Assembly: GCA_049840735.1 (NCBI GenBank) | Contig: JASGJN010000021.1 | Coordinates: 96,001-160,000 of the forward strand | DNA from: Anaeromyxobacter sp. | GTDB taxonomy: Bacteria > Myxococcota > Myxococcia > Myxococcales > Anaeromyxobacteraceae | Length of the DNA: 64,000 nucleotides | Reading direction: 5' to 3' | Part shown: piece by piece, positions 16,345 through 31,288 of the stretch | Position numbering within the stretch: position 1 is the first letter of the stretch | Layout: every line of letters starts with the position of its first letter | The notes under the pieces: generated by a model | The model's database searches: none | Seen by the model: the letters and a program-made list of their open reading frames with translations, nothing else | Told to the model about the DNA's origin: nothing | Program-made: the position numbers and the translations under genes

Positions 16345-16587
16345 ATGAACGCTGTCGCTCTCGCCTATCTCTCTGCCGGCTTCGGGGCCGGTCTCGCCGT
16401 CCTCGGCGCCGGCCTCGGCATCGGCAAGCTGGCCGCCGCCGCCATGGAGGGCTCGGCCCGCCAGCCCACCGCGGCCGCCGACATCCGCACCGGCATGATC
16501 ATCGCCGCCGCCCTCATCGAGGGCGCCACGCTCTTCGCGATCGTGGTCTGCCTGCTGCTGGCCATCAGCAAGCCTGTCGCCGGCTAG
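16345..16587 (+). CDS. atpE: ATP synthase F0 subunit c
   Basis: GAGLGIG, ARQP loop, ALIEG. Confidence 0.97.
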   Translation: MNAVALAYLSAGFGAGLAVLGAGLGIGKLAAAAMEGSARQPTAAADIRTGMIIAAALIEGATLFAIVVCLLLAISKPVAG

Positions 16588-16663
16588 CCGCCGTCCGTCC
16601 TCACACCCGCCCGCCCCGTCCCGGCATCGGCGCCGGGGCGGGCGGGAACCTGGAGCGCTCCGC

Positions 16664-17200
16664 ATGCTCACCGTCCCCAGCACCCCGGTCCTCGCCGCCG
16701 GCGCCATCACCGACATCAACATCGGCCTGACCTTCTGGACGGGCGTCACCTTCCTGCTGCTGCTGGTGGTCCTCTGGAAGTACGCCTGGGGCCCCATCGT
16801 GAAGATGCTGGCCGAGCGCGAGCGGACCATCCGCGACGCCATCGAGTCGGCCAAGAAGGAGCGGGCGGAGGCCGAGCGGCTGCTCGCCTCGCAGAAGGAC
16901 GCGCTGGCCACGGCGCAGCGCGAGGCCACCGAGATGGCGATGCGCTCGAAGCAGGAGGTGGAGTCGCTCCGCCAGGAGCTGACCGCCAAGGCGCGGCAGG
17001 AGGCCGACGCGCTCCTGGCCGAGGCCCGCCGGCAGATCGCGGAGGAGCTCTCCCGCGCCCGCGCGGACCTCAAGGCGCACGTGGTGGACCTGGCCATCGA
17101 CGCCGCGGGCCGCCTGGTGAAGGGCAGCCTCGACGAGAAGGCGCAGCGCCAGCTGGTCGAGGAGTACATCGCCCAGCTGCCGGCCAACCGCGCGGCCTGA
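16664..17200 (+). CDS. atpF: ATP synthase F0 subunit b
   Basis: FWTGVTFLLLLVVLWKYAWGPI TM followed by coiled coil. Confidence 0.95.
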   Translation: MLTVPSTPVLAAGAITDINIGLTFWTGVTFLLLLVVLWKYAWGPIVKMLAERERTIRDAIESAKKERAEAERLLASQKDALATAQREATEMAMRSKQEVESLRQELTAKARQEADALLAEARRQIAEELSRARADLKAHVVDLAIDAAGRLVKGSLDEKAQRQLVEEYIAQLPANRAA

Positions 17201-17226
17201 CGCACCCCCGCTCCCGGCTGTCCCAC

Positions 17227-17259
17227 GCTCTGGCGGCCGCCTGGCCGCCGGAGCTTTTT
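17227..17259 (+). terminator. Intrinsic terminator of the F0 operon
   Basis: GCTCTGGCGGCC-gcct-GGCCGCCGGAGC-TTTTT. Confidence 0.8.
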
Positions 17260-17279
17260 CGTGTATAGAAGGCGCCACC

Positions 17280-18392
17280 ATGGGTCTCTCGATCGGCATC
17301 GTCGGCCTCCCCAACGTGGGGAAGTCCACCCTCTTCAACGCGCTGCTGGGCGCCGCCCAGGCGGCCGCGGCCAACTACCCGTTCTGCACCATCGAGCCGA
17401 ACGTGGGCGTGGTCCCGGTCCCGGACCGCCGGCTGGACCAGCTCTCGGCGCTCTTCAAGCCGAAGAAGACCACGCCGACCACGCTCGAGTTCGTGGACAT
17501 CGCCGGCCTGGTGGCGGGCGCGTCCAAGGGCGAGGGGCTGGGCAACCAGTTCCTGGGCAACATCCGCGAGGTGGACGCCATCGCCCACGTGCTGCGCTGC
17601 TTCGAGGATCCGGACGTGGTCCACGTGGCGGGCAAGGTGGACCCGCGCGGCGACCGCGACGTGGTGGACACCGAGCTGATGCTGAAGGACCTCGACTCGG
17701 TCGAGAAGAAGCGGGAGCGCACGCAGAAGAACACCAAGGCGGCGGGCAAGCAGGGCGAGCAGGCCAAGGCGGACCTGGCGGCGCTGGACAAGGTGAAGGC
17801 GGGGCTGGAGGCGGGCACGCCGGTCCGGGCGCAGAAGCTCTCCGACGAGGAGAAGGCGGCCATCAAGGACCTCTTCCTGCTCACCTCGAAGCCGGTCCTC
17901 TACATCGCCAACGTGGACGAGTCGCAGCTGGGCAAGGAGGCCACCGACCCGCGCATCCAGGAGGTGGCCCGGCTGGCCGCGTCCGACGGCGCGCAGTGGG
18001 TGGAGATCTCCGGCAAGGTGGAGTCGGAGCTGGTGGCGCTGGCCCCGGAGGAGCGCGGCGAGTACCTCAAGTCGCTGGGGCTGGAGGAGCCGGGCCTCGA
18101 CCGCCTGGTGCACGCGGGCTACCGGCTGCTGGGGCTCAACACCTACTTCACGTCGGGCGAGGACGAGTGCCGCGCCTGGACGGTGAAGAAGGGCGCCCTG
18201 GCCCCGCAGGCGGCGGGCGTGATCCACACCGACTTCGAGAAGGGCTTCATCAAGGCCGAGGTGATCCGCATCGAGGACCTCCTCGAGCTCAAGACCGAGG
18301 CGGCCTGCCGCGAGAAGGGCAAGCTCCGCATCGAGGGCAAGGAGTACGTCGTCCAGGACGGCGACGTGATGCACTTCCGGTTCAACGTCTGA
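17280..18392 (+). CDS. ychF: Redox-regulated ATPase YchF
   Basis: GIVGLPNVGKSTLFN, ANYPFCTIEPN, TGS domain ending FRFNV. Confidence 0.98.
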   Translation: MGLSIGIVGLPNVGKSTLFNALLGAAQAAAANYPFCTIEPNVGVVPVPDRRLDQLSALFKPKKTTPTTLEFVDIAGLVAGASKGEGLGNQFLGNIREVDAIAHVLRCFEDPDVVHVAGKVDPRGDRDVVDTELMLKDLDSVEKKRERTQKNTKAAGKQGEQAKADLAALDKVKAGLEAGTPVRAQKLSDEEKAAIKDLFLLTSKPVLYIANVDESQLGKEATDPRIQEVARLAASDGAQWVEISGKVESELVALAPEERGEYLKSLGLEEPGLDRLVHAGYRLLGLNTYFTSGEDECRAWTVKKGALAPQAAGVIHTDFEKGFIKAEVIRIEDLLELKTEAACREKGKLRIEGKEYVVQDGDVMHFRFNV

Positions 18393-18473
18393 CTGTCCGG
18401 GCCGCCAAGCCGGCCCGGACCTTCCTTGCTGAAGCCCGCGTCCTCGCATCGGATCCTCAACCCCCTCCAAGGA

Positions 18474-18524
18474 CCCGCTCGGCCTGAGCGTAGCCGCCGC
18501 GAAGCGGCGGCGAAGTCGAAGGCC
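18474..18524. repeat. TTCGAC/GCTCA family copy, short-loop form
   Basis: GGCCTGAGCGTAGCCGCCGC-gaa-GCGGCGGCGAAGTCGAAGGCC. Confidence 0.85.
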
Positions 18525-18793
18525 AGTGACTCGCACGAGTGCGGCTCTGGGCGTTCGTCCCTTCGCGCCTGCGGCCGGCCGCTGCGCGGCCTGCGGCAAA
18601 TCCTCCTCCCCCACCCGCCCTGCATCTTTCGGTGCGAGCCGCGCCGCAGCCACCCCGGCGTTGAGCCCCATCAACTCTCAGTGTCCCTCGCCCGCTGGGC
18701 ACCCCGCGAAGCCGTTGACGCACAGTGACGTGAAGCGCCTGATGCCTCCGGGAGCGCCCAGCCGGGTACACGGCGGGCGCGAGGGAGATCTCC

Positions 18794-21676
18794 ATGTTCC
18801 GTCGCTCGGCGGTCGCGGTGGTGGTGTGCGCGTTTCTCTCCGGCTGCAGCGGCGGAGGTGGCGGCGGCGGCGAGGACGACCGCTGCGCGAACGTGACCTG
18901 CACCGCGCTCGACGCCTGCCACGTGGCAGGGGTCTGCAGCGCGTCCACCGGGCTCTGCTCCAACCCGTCGGCGGGCGACGGCACGCCCTGCACCGGCGGC
19001 ACCTGCCAGTCCGGGACCTGCCAGCCCACGGGCGACCTCTGCGCCGGCGTGATCTGCGAGCCGCTCGACGCCTGCCATCCGGCGGGGAGCTGCGATCCGG
19101 CCAGCGGCGCCTGCGTGAGCGCGCCGGCGGCGGACGGGACCTCGTGCGCAGGGGGCGCGGGGAGCTGCAGCGCCGGCGCCTGCGTCTCGGCGGGCGGGAC
19201 CTGCGAGGACGGCGCCCGCAACGGCGGTGAGACGGACGTGGACTGCGGCGGGCCGCTCTGCGCGCCCTGCGTGCTCGGCCGCGCCTGCGGGGGCCCCGCG
19301 GATTGCCTGGGCGGCGCCTGCACGGGCGGCGTCTGCAAGCCGGTGGTGGCGGCGCTGGTGGCGGATCCGGGCCGGGCCTGGACGCTGCACGGCGGCGAGC
19401 GCGTGGTGCTGGACGGGACCCGCTCGCGCTCGCCGCGCGGGCCCATCACCAGCTGGGCCTGGACGCAGGCGGGCGGGCCCGCGGTCGTGCTGACGGGGAC
19501 GAACACGGCGCGGCCGGCCTTCGACGCGCCGGCGGCGCCGGCCGAGCCGCTCGTCTTCACCCTCACCGTGGGAGACGGGACCGCCACGGCCAGCGCCAGC
19601 GTGACGCTGACGGTGCAGCCGGGTGATGCGCCGGCGCCGGAGACGACCCTGGGCCTGCTGCTGCAGGACCTGCGCACGGGCGCGCTCGATCGCGACACGG
19701 CCATGACCTACCTGGCCTACTCGACCACCGGTGACCCGCGGCTGCCGCCGGCCTACGCCGGCACCCTGGCGGCGCCGTCGCTGTCGGCGGCCAAGCACAT
19801 CCTGGTGCAGGAGTTCCCGACGCTCTCGCCGGCGGCGCAGGCGCTGATCGCGCCGTTCCTGCTCCCGCCGGCGGCGCCCGGGAGCGCCGAGTCGCTGGCG
19901 GACCAGGCGCCGGCGCTGCGGGCGCTGGGCGCGGGGAGCGCCTGGGTGGGCGTGTCGAGCGCGCACGCGGTGATCTGGTACCGCCAGTCCCTCGCGAACG
20001 GCGCGGCCACCGCCACGGCGCTCAGCCGCGAGTTCGAGACGGTGATCTGGCCCAAGCACCGCCAGCTGTGGGGCGAGGATCACCTGCCGGTGCTGAACGA
20101 CGCGGGCATCAAGCTCGTCAACGGGGGCACCCACGGCAAGCTCAACGTCTACCTCACCACGAAGCTGCCGAACGGGGCGTCGGGGGACGAGAGCGCCTAC
20201 GGCACCGCCCCTGCGCCGAGCTTCATCCGGCTGGAGCAGACCATGCCGTTCCGCGGCAGCGCCTCGCAGTTCGGGCTCTGCGAGGTGCTGGCGCACGAGA
20301 GCACGCACTCGTGCCAGGACAGCTACCCGCAGTCCGAGCCGTACGAGGGGCACCGCTGGATCTTCGAGGGCGTGGCCACCTGGGCCCAGGACTACGTCTA
20401 CCCGGACACCAACACCGAGCACGCCCAGGCTGCGCAATGGCTCAGGCACCCGCAGGACGGGCTGACGTGGGACGCAGACCTTCGCCCGTACGGCACCTAC
20501 CTCTTCTTCCAGTACGTCACCCGGGCCGGCGGCGACGACGACTTCATCCGGCGCGCCTTCGAGGAGTTCCAGACCAAGCCGGCGGCCGAGGCAGTGGACG
20601 CCGCGCTGGTGCCGCCCGGCCAGCACGAGGAGCTGGGCTTCAACATCTACTGGGCCGCGTTCACGGCGGCAGGCTGGAACCGCGATCCGGCGCAGTCGTT
20701 CTGGGCGAATGACGGCCTGGAGCGCGGTGCCCGGCCGGTGGACAACGTCTACACCAACGTCACGATGACCGGCCCGGAGACGACCTACGAGGCGTCGCCA
20801 TTCCTGGTGAACGACCTGACCGCGCACTACTACTACTTCAAGCTGCCGGACCCCACGGCGCGGCAGATCTACTTCTACGACGGCCTGACCTACAAGCTGG
20901 CCTGGAAGACGACCCAGCAGAACAAGCAGCTCACCGTGGCGGACGGCTGGGAGCCGGATCCGGACCGGCAGGGCTGGGTGGTCTCGCGGCTCCTCACCAA
21001 GCAGGACGACGCCTGGACCACGGTGATGCCGCCGGCGCCGGGCGGCATGGTGGTCTGCCAGGACGACCCGGCCGAGAAGATCGACGAGCTGGTGGTCCTC
21101 TTCGGCAACTCCAGCCCGAAGCCCAGCACCCTCTGGATCGAGGGAGAGCGGCCCAGGATCCTGGCCAGCAACATCGGCTGCTACCGCTGGCAGGGCACGA
21201 TCAGCGCCGTCACCAGCCCGAACTGGCGCGGTCCGCAGGAGACGATCAGCGCCACCGTCACCTGGGGTCGCGAGACCATGTTCGACCAGGCCGGCCAGGC
21301 CATCTTCAGCCCGGTGCAGGTGACCGCCGACTGGTCCGTCAGCGGCGACTTCGACGGCTGCAGCTACTCCGGTGTGGGCGGCTACGGCGGCGCGGGCTTC
21401 CAGGCCGGCATGATGGTCTTCGCGCCCACGGTCACCGAGGGCCCCATGCACCGTGGCTACACCGCCCAGGGCATGCCGTTCCTGGTCAGCTACGTCAAGA
21501 CCTGCCCGTCCGGCTCCAACATCGTCCAGGGCCACGTCCCCTGGATCGACACGCAGAAGTTCGGCGATCCGGACTGGAACCCGGTGGTGGACGGGAGCGG
21601 GATGCAGGCGAGCGGCTCGGTGGACGACGGCCACTACGTCTGGACCTGGAGCTTCACCTCGACGCCCGGGAACTGA
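18794..21676 (+). CDS. Large lipoprotein with Cys-rich repeats, PKD-like domain and putative zinc metallopeptidase domain
   Basis: Lipobox LSGC; two C..LDACH.AG.C repeats; [33 protein letters not shown]...WIFEGVATW. Confidence 0.8.
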   Translation: MFRRSAVAVVVCAFLSGCSGGGGGGGEDDRCANVTCTALDACHVAGVCSASTGLCSNPSAGDGTPCTGGTCQSGTCQPTGDLCAGVICEPLDACHPAGSCDPASGACVSAPAADGTSCAGGAGSCSAGACVSAGGTCEDGARNGGETDVDCGGPLCAPCVLGRACGGPADCLGGACTGGVCKPVVAALVADPGRAWTLHGGERVVLDGTRSRSPRGPITSWAWTQAGGPAVVLTGTNTARPAFDAPAAPAEPLVFTLTVGDGTATASASVTLTVQPGDAPAPETTLGLLLQDLRTGALDRDTAMTYLAYSTTGDPRLPPAYAGTLAAPSLSAAKHILVQEFPTLSPAAQALIAPFLLPPAAPGSAESLADQAPALRALGAGSAWVGVSSAHAVIWYRQSLANGAATATALSREFETVIWPKHRQLWGEDHLPVLNDAGIKLVNGGTHGKLNVYLTTKLPNGASGDESAYGTAPAPSFIRLEQTMPFRGSASQFGLCEVLAHESTHSCQDSYPQSEPYEGHRWIFEGVATWAQDYVYPDTNTEHAQAAQWLRHPQDGLTWDADLRPYGTYLFFQYVTRAGGDDDFIRRAFEEFQTKPAAEAVDAALVPPGQHEELGFNIYWAAFTAAGWNRDPAQSFWANDGLERGARPVDNVYTNVTMTGPETTYEASPFLVNDLTAHYYYFKLPDPTARQIYFYDGLTYKLAWKTTQQNKQLTVADGWEPDPDRQGWVVSRLLTKQDDAWTTVMPPAPGGMVVCQDDPAEKIDELVVLFGNSSPKPSTLWIEGERPRILASNIGCYRWQGTISAVTSPNWRGPQETISATVTWGRETMFDQAGQAIFSPVQVTADWSVSGDFDGCSYSGVGGYGGAGFQAGMMVFAPTVTEGPMHRGYTAQGMPFLVSYVKTCPSGSNIVQGHVPWIDTQKFGDPDWNPVVDGSGMQASGSVDDGHYVWTWSFTSTPGN

Positions 21677-21707
21677 CCGGGTGCGGGGCGGCGCTGGTTG
21701 GGGCACG

Positions 21708-22658
21708 ATGCGCGGCATGCCCCACCGCTGCGCCCTGCTCGCCCTCTTTCTGCTCCCCGCCCTGGCCGCCTGCAAGCGCGCCCCGCCGGCGCCGGCGCTG
21801 GATCCGGCGCGCGCCTCGGCGGTGCTGCTGGACCGGTTCGAGACGGTGGTCCACGTGCGCGCGGGGCTGGTGCCGCCGGAGCAGCAGCAGGGCGAGCCGG
21901 TGGCGCTCGACGTGCTGCGCGATCGGCTGGGCGAGCTGCCCTGGGCCGTCGAGGCGGCCCGGGGTGATGCGCGGGCGCTGCTGGCGGCCAGCGCCACGGT
22001 GCTGCTCGGCGCGCGCGACTTCCGCGCCCCGGGCGGCGAGCGCGCGCTGGGGCCGGTCCGCTCGGTCCGCTGCTTCGTGCTGGTGCTCCGCCCGGGCGAG
22101 GCGGTGGACCCGGGCGGCTGGGGCGGGGCGAAGCGGGCGCCGGGCGCGGCGGCGCTCTGGCGCTGGGCGCCCTCGCGCGAGCTGCCGGGGGACCCGGAGC
22201 TGGCCTACTTCGCGGCGGCGGGTCCCGGGTTCCTGGTGGTGGGCAACGACGCGGCCGAGACCGGCGCGACCGCCGCGGCGCTGGCCGGCGCCGGGCCGGC
22301 CGACGCGCTGGCGCGGCTGGAGCGGCTGGACCTGGCGGGGCGATCGGCCTGGGCCTACCGGAACTACCGGCCGGCGCAGGATCCGGCCGCGGCGGGGGTG
22401 CAGCTCGTCCCGCCCTGGGCCACGGCGCTGGCGTTCCTGCCGGACGAGGAGAAGCCGCTCATCACCGTGCGGCTGGTGGGCGACGCCGGCGCCGGCGAGC
22501 CGGGCGAGGAGCTGGCAAACCTGCTGCGGGTGCCGCGCCTGTCACTGCACGCGCCGGGCGTCTGGGAGGCGCGCGTGTCGCTGGGCGCGAACGGCGACGA
22601 GGCGGCGGAGCGGCTCTTCCGGCTGGAGGGGCTGCTGGGGTTCGCGACCTACCTGTGA
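21708..22658 (+). CDS. Hypothetical lipoprotein (start 21708 or 21717)
   Basis: Signal ALLALFLLPALAAC; host-like codon bias; no family recognised. Confidence 0.7.
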   Translation: MRGMPHRCALLALFLLPALAACKRAPPAPALDPARASAVLLDRFETVVHVRAGLVPPEQQQGEPVALDVLRDRLGELPWAVEAARGDARALLAASATVLLGARDFRAPGGERALGPVRSVRCFVLVLRPGEAVDPGGWGGAKRAPGAAALWRWAPSRELPGDPELAYFAAAGPGFLVVGNDAAETGATAAALAGAGPADALARLERLDLAGRSAWAYRNYRPAQDPAAAGVQLVPPWATALAFLPDEEKPLITVRLVGDAGAGEPGEELANLLRVPRLSLHAPGVWEARVSLGANGDEAAERLFRLEGLLGFATYL

Positions 22659-22669
22659 GGCGGCCCGCC

Positions 22670-22940
22670 CTCGTGGTTCGACTCCGCGCCCCGCCCTCCA
22701 GCGCCGTGGGCGCAAGCCCGGGGCGCGCTACGCTCACCACGAACGGAGGGTGAATCCGCGCCATGCTGTTTGAGGTCAGTGCAGTCTCGGTCTTCGACAG
22801 GCTCACCCCGAACGGAAGCGGGCCGATCGCCGGAGCCCGTCCGAAGCGACCGCCCCCGCCCGTTCGTCCTGAGCGTAGGGGCCGGTCACGGGTCGAAGAA
22901 GTCGGCAGGCCGGGCCCGGAGTCGAAGGACGAACGGGCCC
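22670..22940. repeat. Cluster of three TTCGAC/GCTCA repeats between convergent genes
   Basis: GTGGTTCGACTCCG..CTACGCTCACCACG; TTCGACAGGCTCA; CCGTTCGTCCTGAGCGTAG..GGAGTCGAAGGACGAACGG. Confidence 0.9.
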
Positions 22941-22954
22941 TGACCGCCGTCGAG

Positions 22955-23948
22955 CTATCGCCGCTTCGCCCGCACCGCCGCGATCCGCGCCGCCAGCTCC
23001 AGCGCGGCCACCATCGAATCCGGGCTGGCCTTGCTCTTGCCGGCGATGTCGTAGGCCACGCCGTGGTCGGGGCTGGTCCGGACGATGGGCAGGCCCAGCG
23101 TCACGTTGACCGCGGGATCGCCGCCCACGGCGTCGAGCAGCTTCACCGGGATCAGCCCCTGGTCGTGGTAGAGGGCCACCACCGCGTCGAACTCGCCCAG
23201 CGCGGCGCGGAAGAAGACCGAGTCGGCGGGGAACGGGCCGGCGGCGGGGGCGCCCAGCCGGGCGGCCTCCGCCAGCGCGGGGCGGAGCAGCCGCTCCTCC
23301 TCGTCGCCGAAGGCGCCGCCCTCGCCGGCGTGCGGGTTGAGCGCCGCCAGCGCCAGCCGCGGCCGGCGCAGGCCCAGGTCGGCCGCCAGGGCGCGGTGGG
23401 TGATGGCCAGCGTCTCCACGATCCGGTCCACCGTCAGCGCCCGGCGCAGCTTCCCGAACGCCACGTGGTTGGTGACCAGCGCGATCCGGAGCCGGCGGCC
23501 GGCCAGCATCATCACCGAGCGGCGCACGCCGCAGCGGGCCTCCAGCCACTCGGTGTGGCCGACGAAGCCGGGGTGCGCGGTGGCCACCTGGGCCTTGGGA
23601 GACCGGCGCGGTGCAGAGCGCCTGGCAGCTGCCCTCCAGCACCGCCTCGAAGGCGGCCTCGAGGAAGCCGAGCTGGGCCCGGCCGCCGCCGGCGGTGGGC
23701 TTGCCGGGGCGGGCGTCGGCGGCCGGCAGGTGCGTGACGGCCACCAGCGCGCCGCGGGCGGGGACGGGCTGGCCCGCCTCGACCACCGGCAGCCCCAGGT
23801 CGGAGAGCCAGCGCTCGAAGAGGCGCGGGTCGCCGTGGACCACCGGCGCGATGGCGCGCCCCAGCCGGCGGAGCGCGCCGGCGGTCACCTCGGCGCCGAT
23901 GCCGGAGGGGTCGCCCAGGCTGATGGCGATGCGGGGCGGAGGGGCCAC
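22955..23948 (-). CDS. pdxA: 4-hydroxythreonine-4-phosphate dehydrogenase; apparent +1 frameshift at 23597-23599
   Basis: GDPSGIGAE, GHTE, LNPHAGE, YHDQGLIP, RTSPDHG. Confidence 0.93.
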
Positions 23949-24001
23949 GGGACCTCCGGGCCGCGGGGCGGAGCCCGGCGGCGGTGCGGCGCCGACGCCG
24001 C

Positions 24002-25135
24002 TCAGGGAGCGGCGAGCACGTCGGGCGGGTTGGCGGACAGCTCGGGGATCCGGACCTCGATCATGGCCTGCCGCCGCAGCTCGCTCACGTACTGCTTGCG
24101 GAAGACCTCGCCCTTCTGGTCGAGCAGCAGGTTCCGGATGTCCTCCTTCACCTGCTCGTACGGCTTGCCGGCGGCCTGGCGCCGCTCGTCCACCTTGAGG
24201 ATGTGCAGGCCGGGGCCGAAGCGGATCACCTCGGAGAACTGGCCGGTCTTGAGCTCGAAGGCGACGTCCTCCATGTCGCGCTGGATGGTGCCGCGCTTCA
24301 GCCAGCCCAGGTCGCCGCCGTCGTCGGCCGAGGGGCCGCGCGAGACCTCCTTGGCCACCTTGGCGAAGTCCTCGCCGGTCTTGAGCCGCTGCAGCACCCG
24401 GTTGGCCTGGTCCTGCACGCGCGCCTCCTCGAGGATGGGCGCGCCGGGGGCCAGCGGCAGGAAGATGTGCCGGACGTGGACCTCGTCCTCGCCGGCGTAC
24501 TCGGCCTGGTGCTGCCGGTAGTAGTTCTCCACGTCCTCGTCGGCGACGGTGACCTTGCCGCCGATCTTGTAGCGCAGCACCTCGAAGTTGATCTGCTGGG
24601 TGCGGATGCGCTCGCGGAACCCGGCCAGGTCCATCCCCTCGGACTTGAGGGCCTGGGCGAACTGGCCCTCGCTGAAGTTGTTCCGCTGCTTGATGGCGGC
24701 GACCTGCTGGTCGAGGTCGGCGTCGGAGACCTCGATGCCCAGGTTCTTGGCCTCGGCCGCGAAGAGCATGTCCGACACGATCTGCTCGAAGGACAGCTGC
24801 ATGGCGTTGGCGCGCGCCTTGTTGCGCTCCGGGCCAGGCGGCAGGGCGTCGGCCTGGACCAGCGCCGAGCCGGCGCGCTTCTGCAGCTCGCGCAGCGTGA
24901 TGGTCTCGCCGTTCACGGTGGCCGCCACGCGGTCGATGGGCCGGCGCGGCAGCGCGGGGCCGGCCGGCTTGTCGCCCGCGGGCTTGGCCGCGGCGGGCTG
25001 CTCGGCCGGCGCGGCGGCGGGGGCCTGGGCGGCGGGGGCCGGCGCGGCGGGAGGGGCGTCTGCCGCGGGCTTGGCAGGCGCGGCGGCGTCCTGGCCGGCG
25101 GCCAGGGCGAGGGTCAAGGCGAGGAGAGCGTTCAA
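24002..25135 (-). CDS. SurA-like chaperone / parvulin PPIase
   Basis: Signal peptide, DRVAATVNGETIT, VRHI, FAKVAKEVS..GGDLGW. Confidence 0.88.
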   Translation of the reverse strand: MNALLALTLALAAGQDAAAPAKPAADAPPAAPAPAAQAPAAAPAEQPAAAKPAGDKPAGPALPRRPIDRVAATVNGETITLRELQKRAGSALVQADALPPGPERNKARANAMQLSFEQIVSDMLFAAEAKNLGIEVSDADLDQQVAAIKQRNNFSEGQFAQALKSEGMDLAGFRERIRTQQINFEVLRYKIGGKVTVADEDVENYYRQHQAEYAGEDEVHVRHIFLPLAPGAPILEEARVQDQANRVLQRLKTGEDFAKVAKEVSRGPSADDGGDLGWLKRGTIQRDMEDVAFELKTGQFSEVIRFGPGLHILKVDERRQAAGKPYEQVKEDIRNLLLDQKGEVFRKQYVSELRRQAMIEVRIPELSANPPDVLAAP

Positions 25136-26076
25136 GGCGTCACCGAGGCGAGGGCCTTCTCGTCGATCGTGATCTTGGCGCGCTGCCGCAGGGCCGCCAC
25201 GTAATCGGCCTGGGCCTTGGCGCGCTTCTCACGGAGCAGCTTCTCGTGGATCTCCGGGGCCGCCCGCTCGAGCGGGCGCCGCTCGGCGATCTTGCGCTCC
25301 AGCACCCGGAACAGGTGGAAGCCGTAGGGCGAGGGCGTCACGTCGGAGAGGGTGTTGACCGGCAGCGTGAAGCAGACGTCGAAGACCTCCGGGAAGCCGG
25401 AGCCCTTCCCGATCAGGCCGAGGTCGCCGCCGCTGCGGCCCTCCGGGGCGATGGAGCTCTTGCGGGCCAGCTCGGCGAAGGTCTGCGGCGCCTTCAGGAG
25501 CTTCTGCCGGAGGGCGTCGGCCTCCTCGCGGCGGGCCACCACGATCTGCTGCACGTGGACCCGCTCCGGCTGCTCGAACTCGGCCGCGTGGTCGGCGTAG
25601 TAGCGGCTGACCTCGGCGTCGGCCACCTGCAGCGAGGGGAAGACCTCCTGCTCGAACAGCCGCTCCAGCGTGAGCTGCTCGGCCAGGCGGGCCTTGAGCT
25701 CGGCCTGGCTGATCCGCTCGTCGGCCAGCAGCTCGTCGAAGGCCGTGCCCGGGTACTCGGCCCGGACCCGCAGGAAGGCGCGCTCCACCTGGTCCTGGCC
25801 GACCACGATCGACCGGGCGCGGGCCTGGGAGAGCAGGAGCGTCCGGTCGACCAGCTGGTCCAGCAGGCGCCGCCGGAGCGGCTCCAGGCTGGCGTCGCCG
25901 GCGGCGCCGGCCTGCGCCTCCCGCAGCTCGCGGGCCAGCGCGTCGGCCGTGACCGGCTGGCCGTCCACCACCGCGACCGCGCGCGGCGCAGGGCGCTCGG
26001 GCGCGTGCGCGCCGCCGCAGCGGCTGCAGCCCGCCGCGAGCGCCGCGGCGATCACGATGGCGAGGGGGCCGCGCAC
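25132..26076 (-). CDS. Parvulin-type PPIase lipoprotein
   Basis: GTG start; lipobox LAAGC; FAELARKSS, GGDLG, SPYGFHLF. Confidence 0.88.
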   Translation of the reverse strand: MRGPLAIVIAAALAAGCSRCGGAHAPERPAPRAVAVVDGQPVTADALARELREAQAGAAGDASLEPLRRRLLDQLVDRTLLLSQARARSIVVGQDQVERAFLRVRAEYPGTAFDELLADERISQAELKARLAEQLTLERLFEQEVFPSLQVADAEVSRYYADHAAEFEQPERVHVQQIVVARREEADALRQKLLKAPQTFAELARKSSIAPEGRSGGDLGLIGKGSGFPEVFDVCFTLPVNTLSDVTPSPYGFHLFRVLERKIAERRPLERAAPEIHEKLLREKRAKAQADYVAALRQRAKITIDEKALASVTP

Positions 26077-27110
26077 TACTTGGCGGCGGGGGCCGGGGCG
26101 GGGGCGATGGCCGGGGCCGGGCGCTCGGCGCCGGGGGCGCCGCCCGGGTGGCCCATCGGCATGCCGCCCATCGGGCCGCCCATGGGGACGCCGCCGCCGG
26201 GGGCGGCGACGGGGGCCAGCTCGATGCCGGCGATGGCCTTGTCGTCGATCTCGACCTTGGCCTTCTCCTTGAGCTGCTTCCGCCACTCGGTGAACTCGTT
26301 GCCGCGCTTCTCGCGCAGCAGGCGGGCCTCGATCTGCGGCGTGGCCTGCTCGAGGGTCCGGTTGAGCTCGTCCTGCGCGCCGTTGACGCGCACGATGTAG
26401 AAGCCCTTCGGCGTCTCGAGCACGTCCGAGGTCTCACCCGACTTCATCTTGAAGATGGCGTCGGCCAGCTCGGGGCCGTAGGCGGTGGTCAGCTCGTCCT
26501 GCGACTTGAAGGAGAGGTCGCCGTTGGTCGCCTTGGTGGCCGGGTCGTCGGAGTAGGCCTGGACCACGTTCACGAAGGCGAGCGGGGTCTTCTTCTCGTC
26601 GGCCTTCAGCTTGGCCAGCGCCTCGGCGGCCTTCTTCTTCTTGGCGGCGCGGTCGGGCGAGCCGGCCGGGGCGCTGAACGCCACCAGGGCGCCGCGGACC
26701 TTCTTCGGGCGGAAGAACTCGGCCTTGTGGCCGTCGTAGTAGGTCTTGATCGCGTCGGCCGGGATGGCGGCGGCCTTGGGGTCCTGCTGGAACTTCTTCT
26801 GCCAGAGCTTCTGCACCATCATCCGCTTGCGCATCTGCTCGATGTCCGGGTCCTTGTCGAGGCCTTCCTTCTCGGCCTCGCGGGCCATCAGCTCCATCTC
26901 GACCATCTTGTCGACGAACTCCTTCTTCTGCTCCGGCGTGCTGTACCGGGCGCGCAGGAAGGGCGCCTGCTCGTCGAGCTGCTTCTTCACCTGGCTGGCG
27001 GTGATCTCGAAGCCGTCGCCCTTGGCGACGACGGGGTCGGACTTGTTGCCGGACTTGCAGGCGGTGGCGGCCAGCGCGACGAGGCCGAGCAGGGCGATGC
27101 GACGGAACAT
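26076..27110 (-). CDS. Parvulin-type PPIase lipoprotein
   Basis: MFRRIALLGLVALAATAC; YSDD..TK..NGDL; ETPKGFYI; Pro/Gly/Met tail. Confidence 0.88.
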   Translation of the reverse strand: MFRRIALLGLVALAATACKSGNKSDPVVAKGDGFEITASQVKKQLDEQAPFLRARYSTPEQKKEFVDKMVEMELMAREAEKEGLDKDPDIEQMRKRMMVQKLWQKKFQQDPKAAAIPADAIKTYYDGHKAEFFRPKKVRGALVAFSAPAGSPDRAAKKKKAAEALAKLKADEKKTPLAFVNVVQAYSDDPATKATNGDLSFKSQDELTTAYGPELADAIFKMKSGETSDVLETPKGFYIVRVNGAQDELNRTLEQATPQIEARLLREKRGNEFTEWRKQLKEKAKVEIDDKAIAGIELAPVAAPGGGVPMGGPMGGMPMGHPGGAPGAERPAPAIAPAPAPAAK

Positions 27111-27360
27111 GGCTGGATGGCTCCTCGAGATAAGGGCGCGGGCCTGAACGGAGGCCCGGCAGACCAACGCGTGGAGGCGGTGGCTTCTTCCCCTCCGCGC
27201 CCGCTGGCGCAGTGGCCAGGCGCGCAAAAGAGCACGAAAAGACGCACGGATCAAGGGAACGGGCGCCTGGCCGGGCCCCCGGTAACCTCCCGTGGCCGCA
27301 GGTGGTTCACCCGGGTCGCCAGGAGCGGAGCGCAGGCGCCGCCCAGCCGGACCCTGCGTC

Positions 27361-31059
<3,699 letters not shown>

Positions 31060-31288
31060 CTCGGCGGGCGGTACCTACCACGGCTGCGGGCGGGCCGGCC
31101 GGACACCTTGGGCGGGCCTGCGGGACCCCTGGGGACGGGTTGCGGTCAAGACGCGCAGCGCGGCGATACCTTTAACGCTGTTGGGCGCTTCGTGCCGCCA
31201 GACGGAGCATTCCTTGATCGTCCGGAGGGGGCTGAATACACTCGGCCTGCTCTCCGGGACGCTCCCCGGGGGCCCCGTGAAGCCAACG

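Noticed and set aside
22670..22750. tRNA suggested by GGTTCGACTCC (T-arm-like)
   Set aside because: It is the repeat core; no cloverleaf, D-arm or CCA end.
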